Counted from the first letter of the stretch, positions 1-10,203 are shown. The stretch is DNA of 64,000 bases from Verrucomicrobiia bacterium (GCA_035629175.1 DASPIL010000019.1:12427-76426); one strand, 5' to 3'. The notes: generated by a model not told the origin, from the sequence alone. Numbers and translations are program-made.

Positions 1-1
1 T

Positions 2-400
2 AAAGCGGGCGCGGCGTTGAAGGCCGCCGCGATCGGGAAATTCGAAGCCGGCATTCCCTCGCTGCAACCCGCGTCCGACCCCGCGATCCTTCAGTCGGGC
101 AGGGAGACCTACACCACGCTCTGCGCGCCGTGTCATCGTCCCGACGGCGGCGGTCTGGTTGGACCGAATCTCACGGACGATTACTGGATTCACGGCCCGG
201 CTTTTGGCGACAACGTCACAATCATTTGGAACGGCGTTCCCGCAAAGGGCATGGTGACGTGGAAGAACTCCTTGCGGCCCGACCAGATCTACGCCGTGGC
301 GAGTTACATCTACACATTGCGCGGCGCCAAGCTCGCCACCCCAGGCAAGGTTCCCGAAAACCAGGCGCCCGTGCAAACGGGTCCAAGCGACTTCGAATAA
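2..400 (+). CDS. ccoP: c-type cytochrome domain, C-terminal part of a cbb3 oxidase subunit III (CcoP-like); 5' end lies outside the window
   Basis: Frame is open from the window edge. Heme-binding CAPCH motif. Followed 6 nt later by ccoG and a fixH-like gene. Confidence 0.7.
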   Translation, partial: KAGAALKAAAIGKFEAGIPSLQPASDPAILQSGRETYTTLCAPCHRPDGGGLVGPNLTDDYWIHGPAFGDNVTIIWNGVPAKGMVTWKNSLRPDQIYAVASYIYTLRGAKLATPGKVPENQAPVQTGPSDFE

Positions 401-406
401 ACCAGC

Positions 407-1843
407 GTGAGCGCGAAGCAGGAAATATTGAAACCGACGCCAGTCGAGGATTTTCGCGATCGTCTTGCGAGCGCGGATCAGCAGGGCCGGCGTCGATGGA
501 TATTCCCGCGCAAGGTCTCGGGCCGGTTCTTCCGCATGCGGACCTGGGTGAGTTGGCTGTTGCTGGCAGTCATGTTCTCCGGCCCGTTCATCAGCATCGC
601 AGGCGAGCCGCTGCTGATGATGAACATCATCGATCGCAAGTTCGTGATACTAGGCCAGGTGTTCTGGCCGCAGGACGGAATCATCCTCGCTGTCGGCCTG
701 CTCGTGTTCTTCATGGGCATCGCCGTGTTCACGGCTGTTTACGGACGATTGTGGTGCGGGTGGCTGTGTCCGCAAACTGTGCTGATGGAAATGGTGTTTC
801 GGAAAATTGAGTATGCAATTGAAGGGGATGCCCACCAGCAGCGAGCGCTCGCGGCCGCTCCGTGGTCATTGGAGAAAGTGCTCAAGAAGGGTGGAAAACA
901 GGCGGTCTTCTTTGCGTTGTCATTCCTGATCGGCAATACCCTTCTGGCATACATTATTGGCAGGGAGCAGTTATTCCGCGTCGTCGCTGACAACCCTGCG
1001 CATCATGTCACTGGCCTCGCGTTCATGCTGCTGTTCACGGCTGTGTTCTACCTGATTTTCGCCCGATTCCGCGAACAGGCGTGCACGTTCATTTGTCCCT
1101 ACGGACGCTTTCAATCAGCGCTGCTCGACGAGAACAGCATCGTGGTGGCCTATGACTATCGACGTGGCGAACCGCGCGGGCCAATGCGCGGGGGGTTGGA
1201 AGCAGCGGAGAGCGCGGCCCGTGGCGATTGCGTGGCCTGCAACCAATGCGTTGCGGTGTGTCCGACAGGAATCGACATCCGCAACGGCACACAGATGGAA
1301 TGCGTGCATTGCACGGCGTGCATCGATGCCTGCAATGCGGTGATGGAGAAGGTTCAACGTCCGGCAGGGCTGATTCGCTATGCGTCATTGAACGGCATCG
1401 AACGCGGCGAACGCCTCAGGATGACACCGCGACTCGTGATTTACTCGATCGTGATCCTGCTGCTCATCGGGCTGGAAACCTTCCTGATTTTTACACGATC
1501 CGATCTGCAGACCACCTTGCTGAGGGCGCCCGGGGCGTTGTTCCAGCAGACGTCCGATGGGCACTATAGCAATCTCTATACGGTCAAGGTGGTGAACAAG
1601 ACCGGGCGGGAAATTCCCGTGACGTTCAAGCTGGAGAATGTTGAGGGCGGCATGCGCATCATGGGCGCTCCGAACTTCAGCGTGCCGGCTCGAAGACTCG
1701 CGGAGACATCCGTTTTGATCGAACTGGATCCCTCAGTCCTGCGGCCCGGCAGCACGCCGCTCGTTGTCGGCGTTTATGCGGATGGCGAAAGAGTGGAGAC
1801 GCTGAAGACGAGCTTCATCGGCCCGCGAACCAAGGCAAAATGA
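407..1843 (+). CDS. ccoG: cytochrome c oxidase accessory protein CcoG/FixG (polyferredoxin membrane protein)
   Basis: Cys clusters CGWLCPQ, CTFICPYGRFQ, CVACNQCVAVCPTGIDIRNG and CVHCTACIDACN. N-terminal TM helices. Position after ccoP. Confidence 0.9.
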   Translation: MSAKQEILKPTPVEDFRDRLASADQQGRRRWIFPRKVSGRFFRMRTWVSWLLLAVMFSGPFISIAGEPLLMMNIIDRKFVILGQVFWPQDGIILAVGLLVFFMGIAVFTAVYGRLWCGWLCPQTVLMEMVFRKIEYAIEGDAHQQRALAAAPWSLEKVLKKGGKQAVFFALSFLIGNTLLAYIIGREQLFRVVADNPAHHVTGLAFMLLFTAVFYLIFARFREQACTFICPYGRFQSALLDENSIVVAYDYRRGEPRGPMRGGLEAAESAARGDCVACNQCVAVCPTGIDIRNGTQMECVHCTACIDACNAVMEKVQRPAGLIRYASLNGIERGERLRMTPRLVIYSIVILLLIGLETFLIFTRSDLQTTLLRAPGALFQQTSDGHYSNLYTVKVVNKTGREIPVTFKLENVEGGMRIMGAPNFSVPARRLAETSVLIELDPSVLRPGSTPLVVGVYADGERVETLKTSFIGPRTKAK

Positions 1844-2316
1844 CGATGAACCCCAACCGAAATCTCTGGCCGTATGGCATTCTGCTGGCCTTCGGCCTGT
1901 TTGTGTCGGGAACGGTGGCGTTGATTGTGATCGCGTGTCGCAACGATTCGGATCTCGTCAGCGCAGAATACTACGAGGAGGAGATTCGCTTCCAGGCCCA
2001 CATCGATGGAGCCAGGCGCGCGCATGACCTGACCACCGCAACGCCTGTGGTTTACGAGGCGTCACAAAAGCAGATTCGCATCACCTTGCCGCGCCCGCAG
2101 GGAAGTCCGCTCGCGAAAGGCACAATCCAACTCTACCGCCCATCGGCAGCTGCCATGGACCGAAGCATTGAACTGGAGCCGGATGCGAACGGGGTGCAAG
2201 TGATCGATGCCGCATTGCTGGAGCCGGGACTCTGGAAGGTGAAGGTGATCTGGACTGCTGCGGGATTGGACTTTCGCGTGGACGAAAAGGTGATCATCGA
2301 AGCGCGACGATCGTGA
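1840..2316 (+). CDS. FixH family protein
   Basis: 158 aa with a single N-terminal TM helix (NLWPYGILLAFGLFVSGTVALIVIA). ATGA overlap with the ccoG stop. Synteny after ccoG. Confidence 0.7.
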   Translation: MTMNPNRNLWPYGILLAFGLFVSGTVALIVIACRNDSDLVSAEYYEEEIRFQAHIDGARRAHDLTTATPVVYEASQKQIRITLPRPQGSPLAKGTIQLYRPSAAAMDRSIELEPDANGVQVIDAALLEPGLWKVKVIWTAAGLDFRVDEKVIIEARRS

Positions 2317-2996
2317 TGTACTACTGGACGCCATTTCTGTTGGGATTGTTTGGGAGCGTGCATTGCGCTGGCATGTGCGGGCCTCTGGGGATGGCGCTTC
2401 CGGCCACGGGCGGCGGAACGCTGAACTTCACAGCCAGCCGGGCAGCATACAATCTCGGACGGATACTGACCTACTGCGGCCTGGGTGCGATGTTTGGCGC
2501 CCTGGGGCAGAGCCTCGCGTTTGCGGGAGTGCAACGCTGGGTTTCGATCGTGCTCGGTCTTGTTCTCCTTGGCGGCCTGATGAGTTCTCGCACGCTGTCT
2601 AATTGGCCGCCCTTGATCGCGCTGGTGAATCGCCTCAAGACGCAGATGGCCGGCGTGCTGCGGCGGCGGACGTTTGCCTCCATGGCTGTGCTTGGAATGT
2701 TGAATGGCTTGCTGCCCTGCGGTTTGGTTTACGTTGCTGCAGCGGGCGCGACCACAACCGGAACCATTCAAAATGGGGCTGCACACATGGCGGCGTTTGG
2801 ATTGGGAACGCTTCCCATGATGCTCGCGATCAGCTTGTCGGGACGGCTGTTCCCTCTCTCATTTCGACTCAAACTGGCCAGGGCAATTCCGGCATCCGTA
2901 TTTATTGTGGCGGTGTTGCTCATCCTGCGAGGTCTGGAATTAGGCATTCCATATGTAAGTCCACAGCTCGGCGTGGATTCCTGTTGTCATCCGTAA
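2313..2996 (+). CDS. DsbD_2 / TauE-SafE-like polytopic membrane protein
   Basis: N-terminal HCAGMCGP motif, about 6 TM helices, start overlaps the fixH stop (GTGATG). Confidence 0.65.
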   Translation: MMYYWTPFLLGLFGSVHCAGMCGPLGMALPATGGGTLNFTASRAAYNLGRILTYCGLGAMFGALGQSLAFAGVQRWVSIVLGLVLLGGLMSSRTLSNWPPLIALVNRLKTQMAGVLRRRTFASMAVLGMLNGLLPCGLVYVAAAGATTTGTIQNGAAHMAAFGLGTLPMMLAISLSGRLFPLSFRLKLARAIPASVFIVAVLLILRGLELGIPYVSPQLGVDSCCHP

Positions 2997-3232
2997 ACGC
3001 CGGACGCCACACAGGAGCAGCGCCGCCGTCCGTGCAGGGCAGGGTCCCCTTTTCTCCATCGGGTCTTATTCGTCACAAAAACCGTTGATGGGATTCAACG
3101 CGGGTGATAGGAACGGATTCCATGAACCCTCTTCGGCGTGCCTGCTGCGGCATTTGTTTCCATGCGCCTTCCCTACATTCGAACCACGCCAATGCAACCT
3201 GCAGAGGAGGGCCGCCGCTGCGGCAGCGGGCG

Positions 3233-4486
3233 ATGCTTGCGGCTGTGATGATCGTTGCCGCTTCGAGTCTGCCCGCGGATGCGCAGTTGCCTTCCAGCGG
3301 GTTTCCCGTCAAGAACCGGAAATTTGAAATGCTGGTCACAGATTACGGTTACGCGGACCTGGCGCTGGATCGAAGGAAAGGATTCAAGGGGCGCGAGTAT
3401 CTTTCCGGCGAATGGGCTGCGGCAGTTCATTACACGGGAGGCATGAACCCAACAGGCCCAAAGTGGTTTCAGCCGCAATGGTTTTTTCCAGATTGGGTTT
3501 CCAATTCGGATTTCAAGATCCAGAAGGGATTCAATATTGCCGACCCGTTCATCCCGACGAACATGTCAGGCTTCAATGTTTATTCGTCAATCATCACCAA
3601 CCGCGATCTGCGTGTGACGTTCCTTTACGACACGATTGATTTCGGCACAAACGCAACGCAGCAGCTGGCGCTTGGCCTTTCGGCGAAGAGCGCGGGCGGC
3701 ATTGGATCGAGCCTCCCCGCGCAACGTTATGCCTTTCGACAGCGCTACGAGATTCAGAACCTCACCAGCGGAACGCTTTCCGATGTCCGCTTTTATCAAT
3801 TGCTGCATGCGCTCGAGGCGGGCAACGCGGTGTATGACGATCGCGACTACGGAGGCGGCATGTCGCAATACCGCTACCGTGTCGTGCAGCAAGGCAAGTC
3901 GTACGGGTTTGATTCTCGAACGATGGAAACCGTCGAGCACACGGATACGATCGGCGTGAGTTTCAACATGATGCCGAGCGGTTATGAGGTGGGATATTAT
4001 GGTTTGAAAGGCGTGGACAGTCATTCGATTGGTAAGCCGAGCGCGGGCGTTCATCTATCGGTGGAGAACGACACGTTCAGCAGTGCGGACAGCTGCAATC
4101 CCACCAACGCCTGGGTCAGTGGCGCCATGCGATTCAGCCTCGGTTCGCTCGCTCCGAACGCAAAGGCCAGCATCACCGCGCTGTTTGGAATTCACACGAC
4201 GTATGAGGTGAAGTATCCGCCGCTGAACCTGGAGGTTCGGACGCCAAAAATGTCCAACGGCCAATTGCAGATAGATTTTCGGGACACGACCCAAAATCCG
4301 CTGGTAGGTTATCTCTTGCGGAAGTCCACGGAACTCGGGGCCTTGCCGCACAAGCAATGGGAGCCATTGCCGCTGCCCTATTTCATCAATGTACCCAGCC
4401 CCGGTTGGCGTCGATTCCAGGTGCCGGTTTCGGCGATGGAATCAAAGGCGTTTTATTGGATCGAACCGCAGGTGATCAACGATTGA
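3233..4486 (+). CDS. secreted hypothetical protein, no recognisable domain
   Basis: Long ORF with a signal peptide (MLAAVMIVAASSLPADAQ) if started at ATG 3233. The track start at 3104 adds a Cys/His-rich leader that looks non-coding. Confidence 0.6.
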   Translation: MLAAVMIVAASSLPADAQLPSSGFPVKNRKFEMLVTDYGYADLALDRRKGFKGREYLSGEWAAAVHYTGGMNPTGPKWFQPQWFFPDWVSNSDFKIQKGFNIADPFIPTNMSGFNVYSSIITNRDLRVTFLYDTIDFGTNATQQLALGLSAKSAGGIGSSLPAQRYAFRQRYEIQNLTSGTLSDVRFYQLLHALEAGNAVYDDRDYGGGMSQYRYRVVQQGKSYGFDSRTMETVEHTDTIGVSFNMMPSGYEVGYYGLKGVDSHSIGKPSAGVHLSVENDTFSSADSCNPTNAWVSGAMRFSLGSLAPNAKASITALFGIHTTYEVKYPPLNLEVRTPKMSNGQLQIDFRDTTQNPLVGYLLRKSTELGALPHKQWEPLPLPYFINVPSPGWRRFQVPVSAMESKAFYWIEPQVIND

Positions 4487-4844
4487 GCCTGCGACCTCGG
4501 CTGCGGCGGGGAAATCGCGCTGCGATGTCTCTTCGCGCACGGGACGCTGAATAGCGTGAAGTGCGCGGGACGGCGCAGCGAAGACCACCGCACATTCCGG
4601 GCGGGCAGGGAGTGATTAAAAGTGGGTGATCGAACTGGTTTGCGCATTCGCGTAAACGCCGGTTCAAACCATTTCTTCACCTCAGTGTCTGAAAGGCGCG
4701 CTGGCAAGATCCACGACACCCACATCAACAGCACGAGTCTTTTCTTCATCTCTGCCATCTCTGCGGCCTCCTGTTAACGCTTTTGCTCATGTAGCCAGAA
4801 GAGTGAACGAAGCTGCCCACGCGAACGCCACAAATAGCGCAAAG

Positions 4845-4935
4845 AGGAGACGTTTAACAGGAGCACGCAGAGGCAGCAGAGAAAAGCAGAGGATCCTCTT
4901 CCCAATCCGTGTTCATCCCATACGGGCGTGGCCAT
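4845..4935 (-). repeat. dispersed intergenic repeat, family 1, copy a (inverted relative to copies b and c)
   Basis: Its reverse complement aligns by eye with 50085-50204 and 58046-58167. Shared core: gatgaacacggatt.ggaa...ctctgc.ttttctctgct.cctctgcg..ctcctgtt. Confidence 0.7.
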
Positions 4936-5001
4936 TGTTTGGCGGTTTGCGCTTTTCAATTGGTTCATCGTAACCTAGTTTTTCGGCCAGAATCACGGAC
5001 C

Positions 5002-6351
5002 ATGCCCAGTGTTTTCATCAAGACGTACGGTTGCCAGATGAACGAGCGCGATAGCGAAGCAGTCGCGGCCCAGCTCGTTGCCAAGGGCTATTCCCTGGCA
5101 AAGTCGGAAGCTACCGCCGATGTTGTCCTGCTGAACACGTGCAGCGTGCGCGACAATGCCGAGCAAAAGGCGATCAACAAGATGACCGCCATTGCTGTGG
5201 ACATTCGCCGAAACCGGCCTGACGTGGTCCTCGGCTTCATGGGCTGCATGGCGCAAAGCCGCGGCAAGTCGCTCATTGATAAGCTGCCTGACGTCGATCT
5301 TGTTCTTGGAACGCAGAAATTCCATCGCGCGGCGGATTATGTGGATGACCTGCTGGCCGGCCGCCGCGACAAAATCGTCGATACTGAGGCGGAGCTGGGA
5401 AGCGAAGCGGCCATCCGGGAGCATCTGTTGAATGGCAGTGCCAAGACATCGGTCAGCGCCTTTGTCAGCATCATGCAGGGCTGCAATCAGTACTGCACGT
5501 TTTGCATTGTGCCTTACACGCGCGGCGAGGAACGCAGCCGGACGATTCCCGACATCGTTGCAGAGTGCCGTGAGTTGGTGAGCCGCGGCGTGAAAGAGAT
5601 CACGCTGCTCGGACAGATTGTCACGAGCTACGCCAGGCGGGAGTTGCCGCTCAAGGATGGCAAATCGCCGTTCGTTCAGCTGATTGAAGCGGTGCATGAG
5701 ATCGACGGACTCGAACGCATTCGGTTCACCTCGCCGCACCCGAAAGGTTATGGGGACGACCTTGTGGAGGCGTATGGCCGGCTTCCCAAGCTTTGCGAAA
5801 GCGCGCATATTCCCGTTCAGAGCGGGAGCAACCGGTTGTTGAAGCTGATGCATCGCGGCTACACGCGCGAACGTTTCCTGGAGATCATCCACAAGCTCCG
5901 GCGTGTTCGCCCCGAGATCGGAATCACGAGCGATATCATCGTGGGATTTCCCGGCGAGACAGAGGCCGATTTCGAGGAAACGCTTTCGCTCTGTCGCGAA
6001 GTGGAATTCGACAACGCTTTTCTGTTCAAATATTCACCGAGAAAAGATACCCCCGCCGCCGCGCTGCCAGAGCAGATTCCGCAGGAACTGATTGAGGAAC
6101 GCCATGCGCGCCTTCTCGGCCTCGTGAACGAGATTGGGTCCCGCAACTATGCCGCGCTCGAAGGCCGCCGCGTTCAGATCCTGGTGGAGGGTCCCAGCCG
6201 AAGAAATTCCGCTCGCATGATGGGCCGGACGCGCTGCAATCGCATTGTGCTGTTCGAAGGTTCCGACCGCCATCGCGGGCAGATCATGGATGTGCAGGTG
6301 GAGCGCGCCGGGTTGTTCACGCTCTACGGTGACCCGGCCGTCCTGATGTGA
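5002..6351 (+). CDS. miaB: tRNA-2-methylthio-N6-dimethylallyladenosine synthase MiaB (radical SAM methylthiotransferase)
   Basis: N-terminus MPSVFIKTYGCQMNERDSE, radical-SAM CNQYCTFCIVP motif, C-terminal TRAM-like region. The track start at 4909 is an upstream extension. Confidence 0.95.
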   Translation: MPSVFIKTYGCQMNERDSEAVAAQLVAKGYSLAKSEATADVVLLNTCSVRDNAEQKAINKMTAIAVDIRRNRPDVVLGFMGCMAQSRGKSLIDKLPDVDLVLGTQKFHRAADYVDDLLAGRRDKIVDTEAELGSEAAIREHLLNGSAKTSVSAFVSIMQGCNQYCTFCIVPYTRGEERSRTIPDIVAECRELVSRGVKEITLLGQIVTSYARRELPLKDGKSPFVQLIEAVHEIDGLERIRFTSPHPKGYGDDLVEAYGRLPKLCESAHIPVQSGSNRLLKLMHRGYTRERFLEIIHKLRRVRPEIGITSDIIVGFPGETEADFEETLSLCREVEFDNAFLFKYSPRKDTPAAALPEQIPQELIEERHARLLGLVNEIGSRNYAALEGRRVQILVEGPSRRNSARMMGRTRCNRIVLFEGSDRHRGQIMDVQVERAGLFTLYGDPAVLM

Positions 6352-6366
6352 TTTGAATCGAAGCGC

Positions 6367-7323
6367 TCAGCCCAGCCACTGGGGATGTTGCGTTGTTGAA
6401 TCAAATTCCGCGCTCGTCTTGAACAATTCGAATTTTCCGTCCAACGCAAACGGCCGCGTTCGTTCGCGCAATTTTTTCATCGAGTGCGCTGACAAAGGCT
6501 TGAACGTGCGCGCCGCTTCCAACGCCTGATCCAGCACCTCCTCGCTGTCGATTCCCGTGATAACGGTTGAGACCGGCAGGCTTAGTGCGTAATGCAGGCA
6601 TTCCGTCGCCGTTACGGCTTTCGATTTCAGAAGGTCCCCACTGCCGAGCGATTTCATTCCCAGCACGCCAATTCCTTTCTTCACGAGGGAAGGGAGCACG
6701 TTGTGTTCGAAACTGCGGAAGTGCGCATCCATGACATTCAGCGGCATCTGGACTGTGTCGAATTGCACCCCGTGTCGCGCTGCGCTCTCGAGCATGCGGA
6801 GATGGACGTAGGGATCCTTGTGACCCGTGAAACCGATGAATCGCGTTTTGCCCGCCTCCCACGCTTCCCTGAGTGCCTGGTAGCCGCCTTCGGCTGCAAA
6901 GAATCGATCCGCATCCTCAAGGCGGATGACCTCGTGGAACTGCAGAAGATCCACGTGATCGACTTGCAACCGTTTCAATGACTCGTCGATCTGCTGAGCC
7001 GCAGCTTTCCTCGTTCTTCCATCGAACTTGGTCATGAGAAAGACGCGATCGCGGTAGCCATCGCGCAAAGCCTTGCCCATGCGTTTCTCGCTGACGCCGT
7101 CATTGTAGTCCCAACTGTTATCCATGAAGGTCAGTCCCGAATCGATGGCGCGGCGCATGATGCGGATGCTTTCTTCCTCGCTGTCAATTTTGCCAATGTG
7201 GGATCCGCCAAGCCCGAGGATCGACACGCGTTCGCCGGTTCGCCCGAGAAGACGGGTGGGAAAAGCCGTTTGCTGGTGGGACGCGTCCTCCAGTTCCTTT
7301 TCAATCCAGGGTGTATTTGCCAT
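6367..7323 (-). CDS. aldo/keto reductase
   Basis: LGRTGERVSILGLGG...MDNSWDYNDGVSEKRMGKAL...LMTKF pattern typical of AKRs. ATG at 7323 confirmed in the sequence. Confidence 0.9.
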   Translation of the reverse strand: MANTPWIEKELEDASHQQTAFPTRLLGRTGERVSILGLGGSHIGKIDSEEESIRIMRRAIDSGLTFMDNSWDYNDGVSEKRMGKALRDGYRDRVFLMTKFDGRTRKAAAQQIDESLKRLQVDHVDLLQFHEVIRLEDADRFFAAEGGYQALREAWEAGKTRFIGFTGHKDPYVHLRMLESAARHGVQFDTVQMPLNVMDAHFRSFEHNVLPSLVKKGIGVLGMKSLGSGDLLKSKAVTATECLHYALSLPVSTVITGIDSEEVLDQALEAARTFKPLSAHSMKKLRERTRPFALDGKFELFKTSAEFDSTTQHPQWLG

Positions 7324-7616
7324 GGCCAAAGGTTCACTGGAGAAGGCGATTTGGGAATTAGGGTAGGAACCGGGGGGGGCTCGTGACACTGCCCCCGTGG
7401 CTGCCGGCTTCCTTGGAGATGGGCTTCGAGCCCAAATGGAAAAAACCTCAACCCGTGTGGGGAATTTCAACGTCGCTGGTGCTGCGCGTTTTGTCCGGGC
7501 GGCACGGATGCGTGCCCGCTACGTCAGGCACGAATGCCCGACGGCGCGCCGTGAATTGGTGTTTCGGAAAAAGAGGCTGGCATTTCGAGGTGCTTGCGCC
7601 ATCTTCGCTGCCGTTA

Positions 7617-8168
7617 ATGACTTTGAATCTGTCCACGCTTGCCATCGGTCTGGGCCTCGCGGTCGCGCTGCCGCAAATCCCGGGAGTCCTGCGACCCGCG
7701 AAGTTCGCCGCGGCCGTCCGCACGTTTCCTCGCAATGTGCCGGTCGGGATCATGCTGATGCTGCTCGGCACCGCCTGGTTCCTTTACAACCTGCACCTGG
7801 AGTCGATCAGCGAATTCGAGCGCATGAAGCCGTATCTTTTCACGGGCTTCGCTGCTGTCGGCATTGGAACGTGCATATACGTTCAGGACCTGATTGCCGC
7901 ACGGGGCGCGGCGGTGGTGATGCTGTTGCTCGGAAAGTTGATGGTCGATACAGGGCGCCCGATGCTGGACGTCACGGCATGGACGCTGGTGATCCAGGTT
8001 TGGGCATACGTGCTGGTGATTGCGGGAATGTGGTTCACGATCGCGCCGTGGCGTTTGCGCGACCTGTTGAACTGGGCGGTGGCGGATGAACGCCGCGTCC
8101 GGGTGGGTTCGATCGCGAGGCTCGCGTTTGGCCTGTTCGTGTTCGTGCTGGGCTTGACCGTTTTTTAA
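7617..8168 (+). CDS. hypothetical polytopic membrane protein
   Basis: About 183 aa with 5-6 hydrophobic helices, starting at ATG 7617. The track start at 7383 precedes non-membrane-like sequence. Confidence 0.5.
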   Translation: MTLNLSTLAIGLGLAVALPQIPGVLRPAKFAAAVRTFPRNVPVGIMLMLLGTAWFLYNLHLESISEFERMKPYLFTGFAAVGIGTCIYVQDLIAARGAAVVMLLLGKLMVDTGRPMLDVTAWTLVIQVWAYVLVIAGMWFTIAPWRLRDLLNWAVADERRVRVGSIARLAFGLFVFVLGLTVF

Positions 8169-8187
8169 ACCGAGGAGACGTTGCTGC

Positions 8188-9108
8188 GTGGAAAAACGCG
8201 GAAAAATCCTCGTCATTCGCGGCGGCGCCATCGGCGATTTCATCCTCACCCTTCCCGCCATTGCCGCAGTGCGCGAGCAATTCCCTGACGCGCACCTTGA
8301 GGTTCTCGGGTATCCGCACATCGTTCAGTTGGCCGTGGCGAGCGAACTGGTGGACCGGGCGCAATCGATTGATGCCGGTCCGCTGGCTGGATTTTTTGCG
8401 CGCAACGGAACCCTCCATCCAGGCTTGGTGGAGTATTTCGCCGGGTTCAGCCTGATTATTTCGTACCTGTTTGATCCCGACGAAATTTTTCGGACCAACG
8501 TTGGGCGTTGCACGAAGGCGCAATTCATCGTGTGCCCGCACCGGCCCAACGAGCGCGAGTCCACCCATGCCGCGCAAGTTTATCTGAAACCTCTCGAGCG
8601 CCTTGCGATTTTTGGCGCCAGCGCGCAACCGCGATTGGCCATCGGCGCGCTGCCGGGCGCAACCAATCAAATCGCGCTGCATCCTGGCAGTGGCAGTGAA
8701 AAGAAGAACTGGCCTGAGGCAAAATGGTCCCAGTTGATCGCGCGCCTGCTGCAGGCCACGAACTACCATTTGCTGATTGTTGGGGGCGAAGCTGAAGGCG
8801 AACGTCTTCAGCGGCTCGCAGCGGCGCTTCCGCCTTCGAGAGTGCGAGTGGCGCAGAGCCTGCCACTGGTTGACCTCGCGCGAGTCCTTCGCGGATCCGC
8901 GGCGTTCGTTGGGCATGATTCGGGGATCTCGCATCTCGCCGCTGCGTTGGGCGTCCCCGGGTTGGTGTTGTGGGGCGACACCAACGATCAAATCTGGCGT
9001 CCGCCACAGTCCCAGGTGGTCGTGTTGAAGAACCAATTCGGGTTGAATGGCATCGGAGTGGAGCAGGTTTTGGAATCGCTGACCGGTTTGTTCAGCGCCA
9101 GGGTTTAG
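8188..9108 (+). CDS. glycosyltransferase family 9 (heptosyltransferase-like)
   Basis: KILVIRGGAIGDFILTLPAI N-terminus and LHPGSGSEKKNWP motif. GAGGAG Shine-Dalgarno about 10 nt upstream of the GTG start. Confidence 0.8.
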   Translation: MEKRGKILVIRGGAIGDFILTLPAIAAVREQFPDAHLEVLGYPHIVQLAVASELVDRAQSIDAGPLAGFFARNGTLHPGLVEYFAGFSLIISYLFDPDEIFRTNVGRCTKAQFIVCPHRPNERESTHAAQVYLKPLERLAIFGASAQPRLAIGALPGATNQIALHPGSGSEKKNWPEAKWSQLIARLLQATNYHLLIVGGEAEGERLQRLAAALPPSRVRVAQSLPLVDLARVLRGSAAFVGHDSGISHLAAALGVPGLVLWGDTNDQIWRPPQSQVVVLKNQFGLNGIGVEQVLESLTGLFSARV

Positions 9109-9189
9109 GGCGCGACCTTCGCCTGGGATCTACTTTTCGCTTGAACACACCCGCGGTTTGCTGTGTCCATTCTCGGCGACGTTTCCACT

Positions 9190-10179
9190 ATGAACACAGG
9201 AATCAATGCGATTAACGAAGCAGTGCAGGAAGCCGGAGCGTTTGTCCGGCCGCTGTTCAATGAACTTGGCAAGGTCGTCGTGGGCCAGGCTTACCTCGTC
9301 GAACGGCTGACGATTGGCTTGCTGGCAAATGGGCATGTGCTGCTCGAGGGCGTTCCCGGGCTTGCGAAAACGCTGTCGGTCAAGTCCCTTGCCAGCTGCT
9401 TGAACGTCAAGTTTTCCCGCCTCCAGTTCACCCCCGACATGCTGCCGGCGGATGTTGTCGGAACGCAGATTTACAATCCGCAGTCGGGCGGTTTCACCAC
9501 GCGCAAGGGTCCCATCTTTGCAAACCTGGTTCTTGCGGACGAAATCAATCGCGCGCCCGCCAAAGTGCAAAGCGCGCTGCTGGAGGCGATGCAGGAAAAA
9601 CAGGTCACGATTGGTGACCAGACATTCCGCCTTGAAGAACCTTTTCTCGTTCTAGCGACGCAAAATCCCATTGAACAGGAAGGCACCTATCCGCTGCCCG
9701 AAGCGCAGGTTGATCGTTTCATGCTCAAGCTGAAGATTGGTTATCCAACGCGGGCGGAAGAGCGGCAGATTCTGGAAACGATGGCGAAAACTTCAGGCAC
9801 TCCAGTCACGACCGCTGTTGTCGATCCACAGCAGATCTTGAAGGCGCGGCAGGTGATCAATGACATCTACGTGGATGACAAGGTAAAGGATTACATTGTC
9901 GATCTCGTATGCGCGACGCGTGACCCGGACCATTACAAGATCGCGGTGAAGGATTTCATCCAGCTGGGCGCTTCACCGCGCGCAACCATCGCGCTGACCC
10001 TCGCCTCCAAGGCTTACGCGTTCCTGAAAGGCCGCGGCTACGTGACGCCACAGGACGTGAAGAGCATCGGCATGGATGTGTTGCGCCATCGTGTTGCCAT
10101 CACCTACGAAGCCGAGGCGGAGGAAAAGACGAGCGAGACGGTGATTCAAAAAATCTTCGATGAACTGCCCGTGCCTTGA
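9190..10179 (+). CDS. MoxR-family AAA+ ATPase
   Basis: Walker A-like LLEGVPGLAKT, Walker B LADEINRAPAKVQSALLEAMQE, QNPIEQEGTYPLPEAQVDRF. Confidence 0.92.
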   Translation: MNTGINAINEAVQEAGAFVRPLFNELGKVVVGQAYLVERLTIGLLANGHVLLEGVPGLAKTLSVKSLASCLNVKFSRLQFTPDMLPADVVGTQIYNPQSGGFTTRKGPIFANLVLADEINRAPAKVQSALLEAMQEKQVTIGDQTFRLEEPFLVLATQNPIEQEGTYPLPEAQVDRFMLKLKIGYPTRAEERQILETMAKTSGTPVTTAVVDPQQILKARQVINDIYVDDKVKDYIVDLVCATRDPDHYKIAVKDFIQLGASPRATIALTLASKAYAFLKGRGYVTPQDVKSIGMDVLRHRVAITYEAEAEEKTSETVIQKIFDELPVP

Positions 10180-10203
10180 GGAGCATATTCGATCACGTTG
10201 CTC

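Noticed and set aside
130-810. 226-aa plus-strand ORF spanning the ccoP/ccoG junction.
   Set aside because: It is an alternative frame over two genes with clear heme and Fe-S motifs, and its translation is Arg-rich nonsense.
4453-4758. 101-aa minus-strand ORF with a hydrophobic N-terminus (MAEMKKRLVLLMWVSWILP...).
   Set aside because: The remainder is basic and Pro/Ser/Arg-rich with no motif, and its 3' end overlaps the convergent gene. Only the first ~40 codons look protein-like, which is not enough to call a gene.
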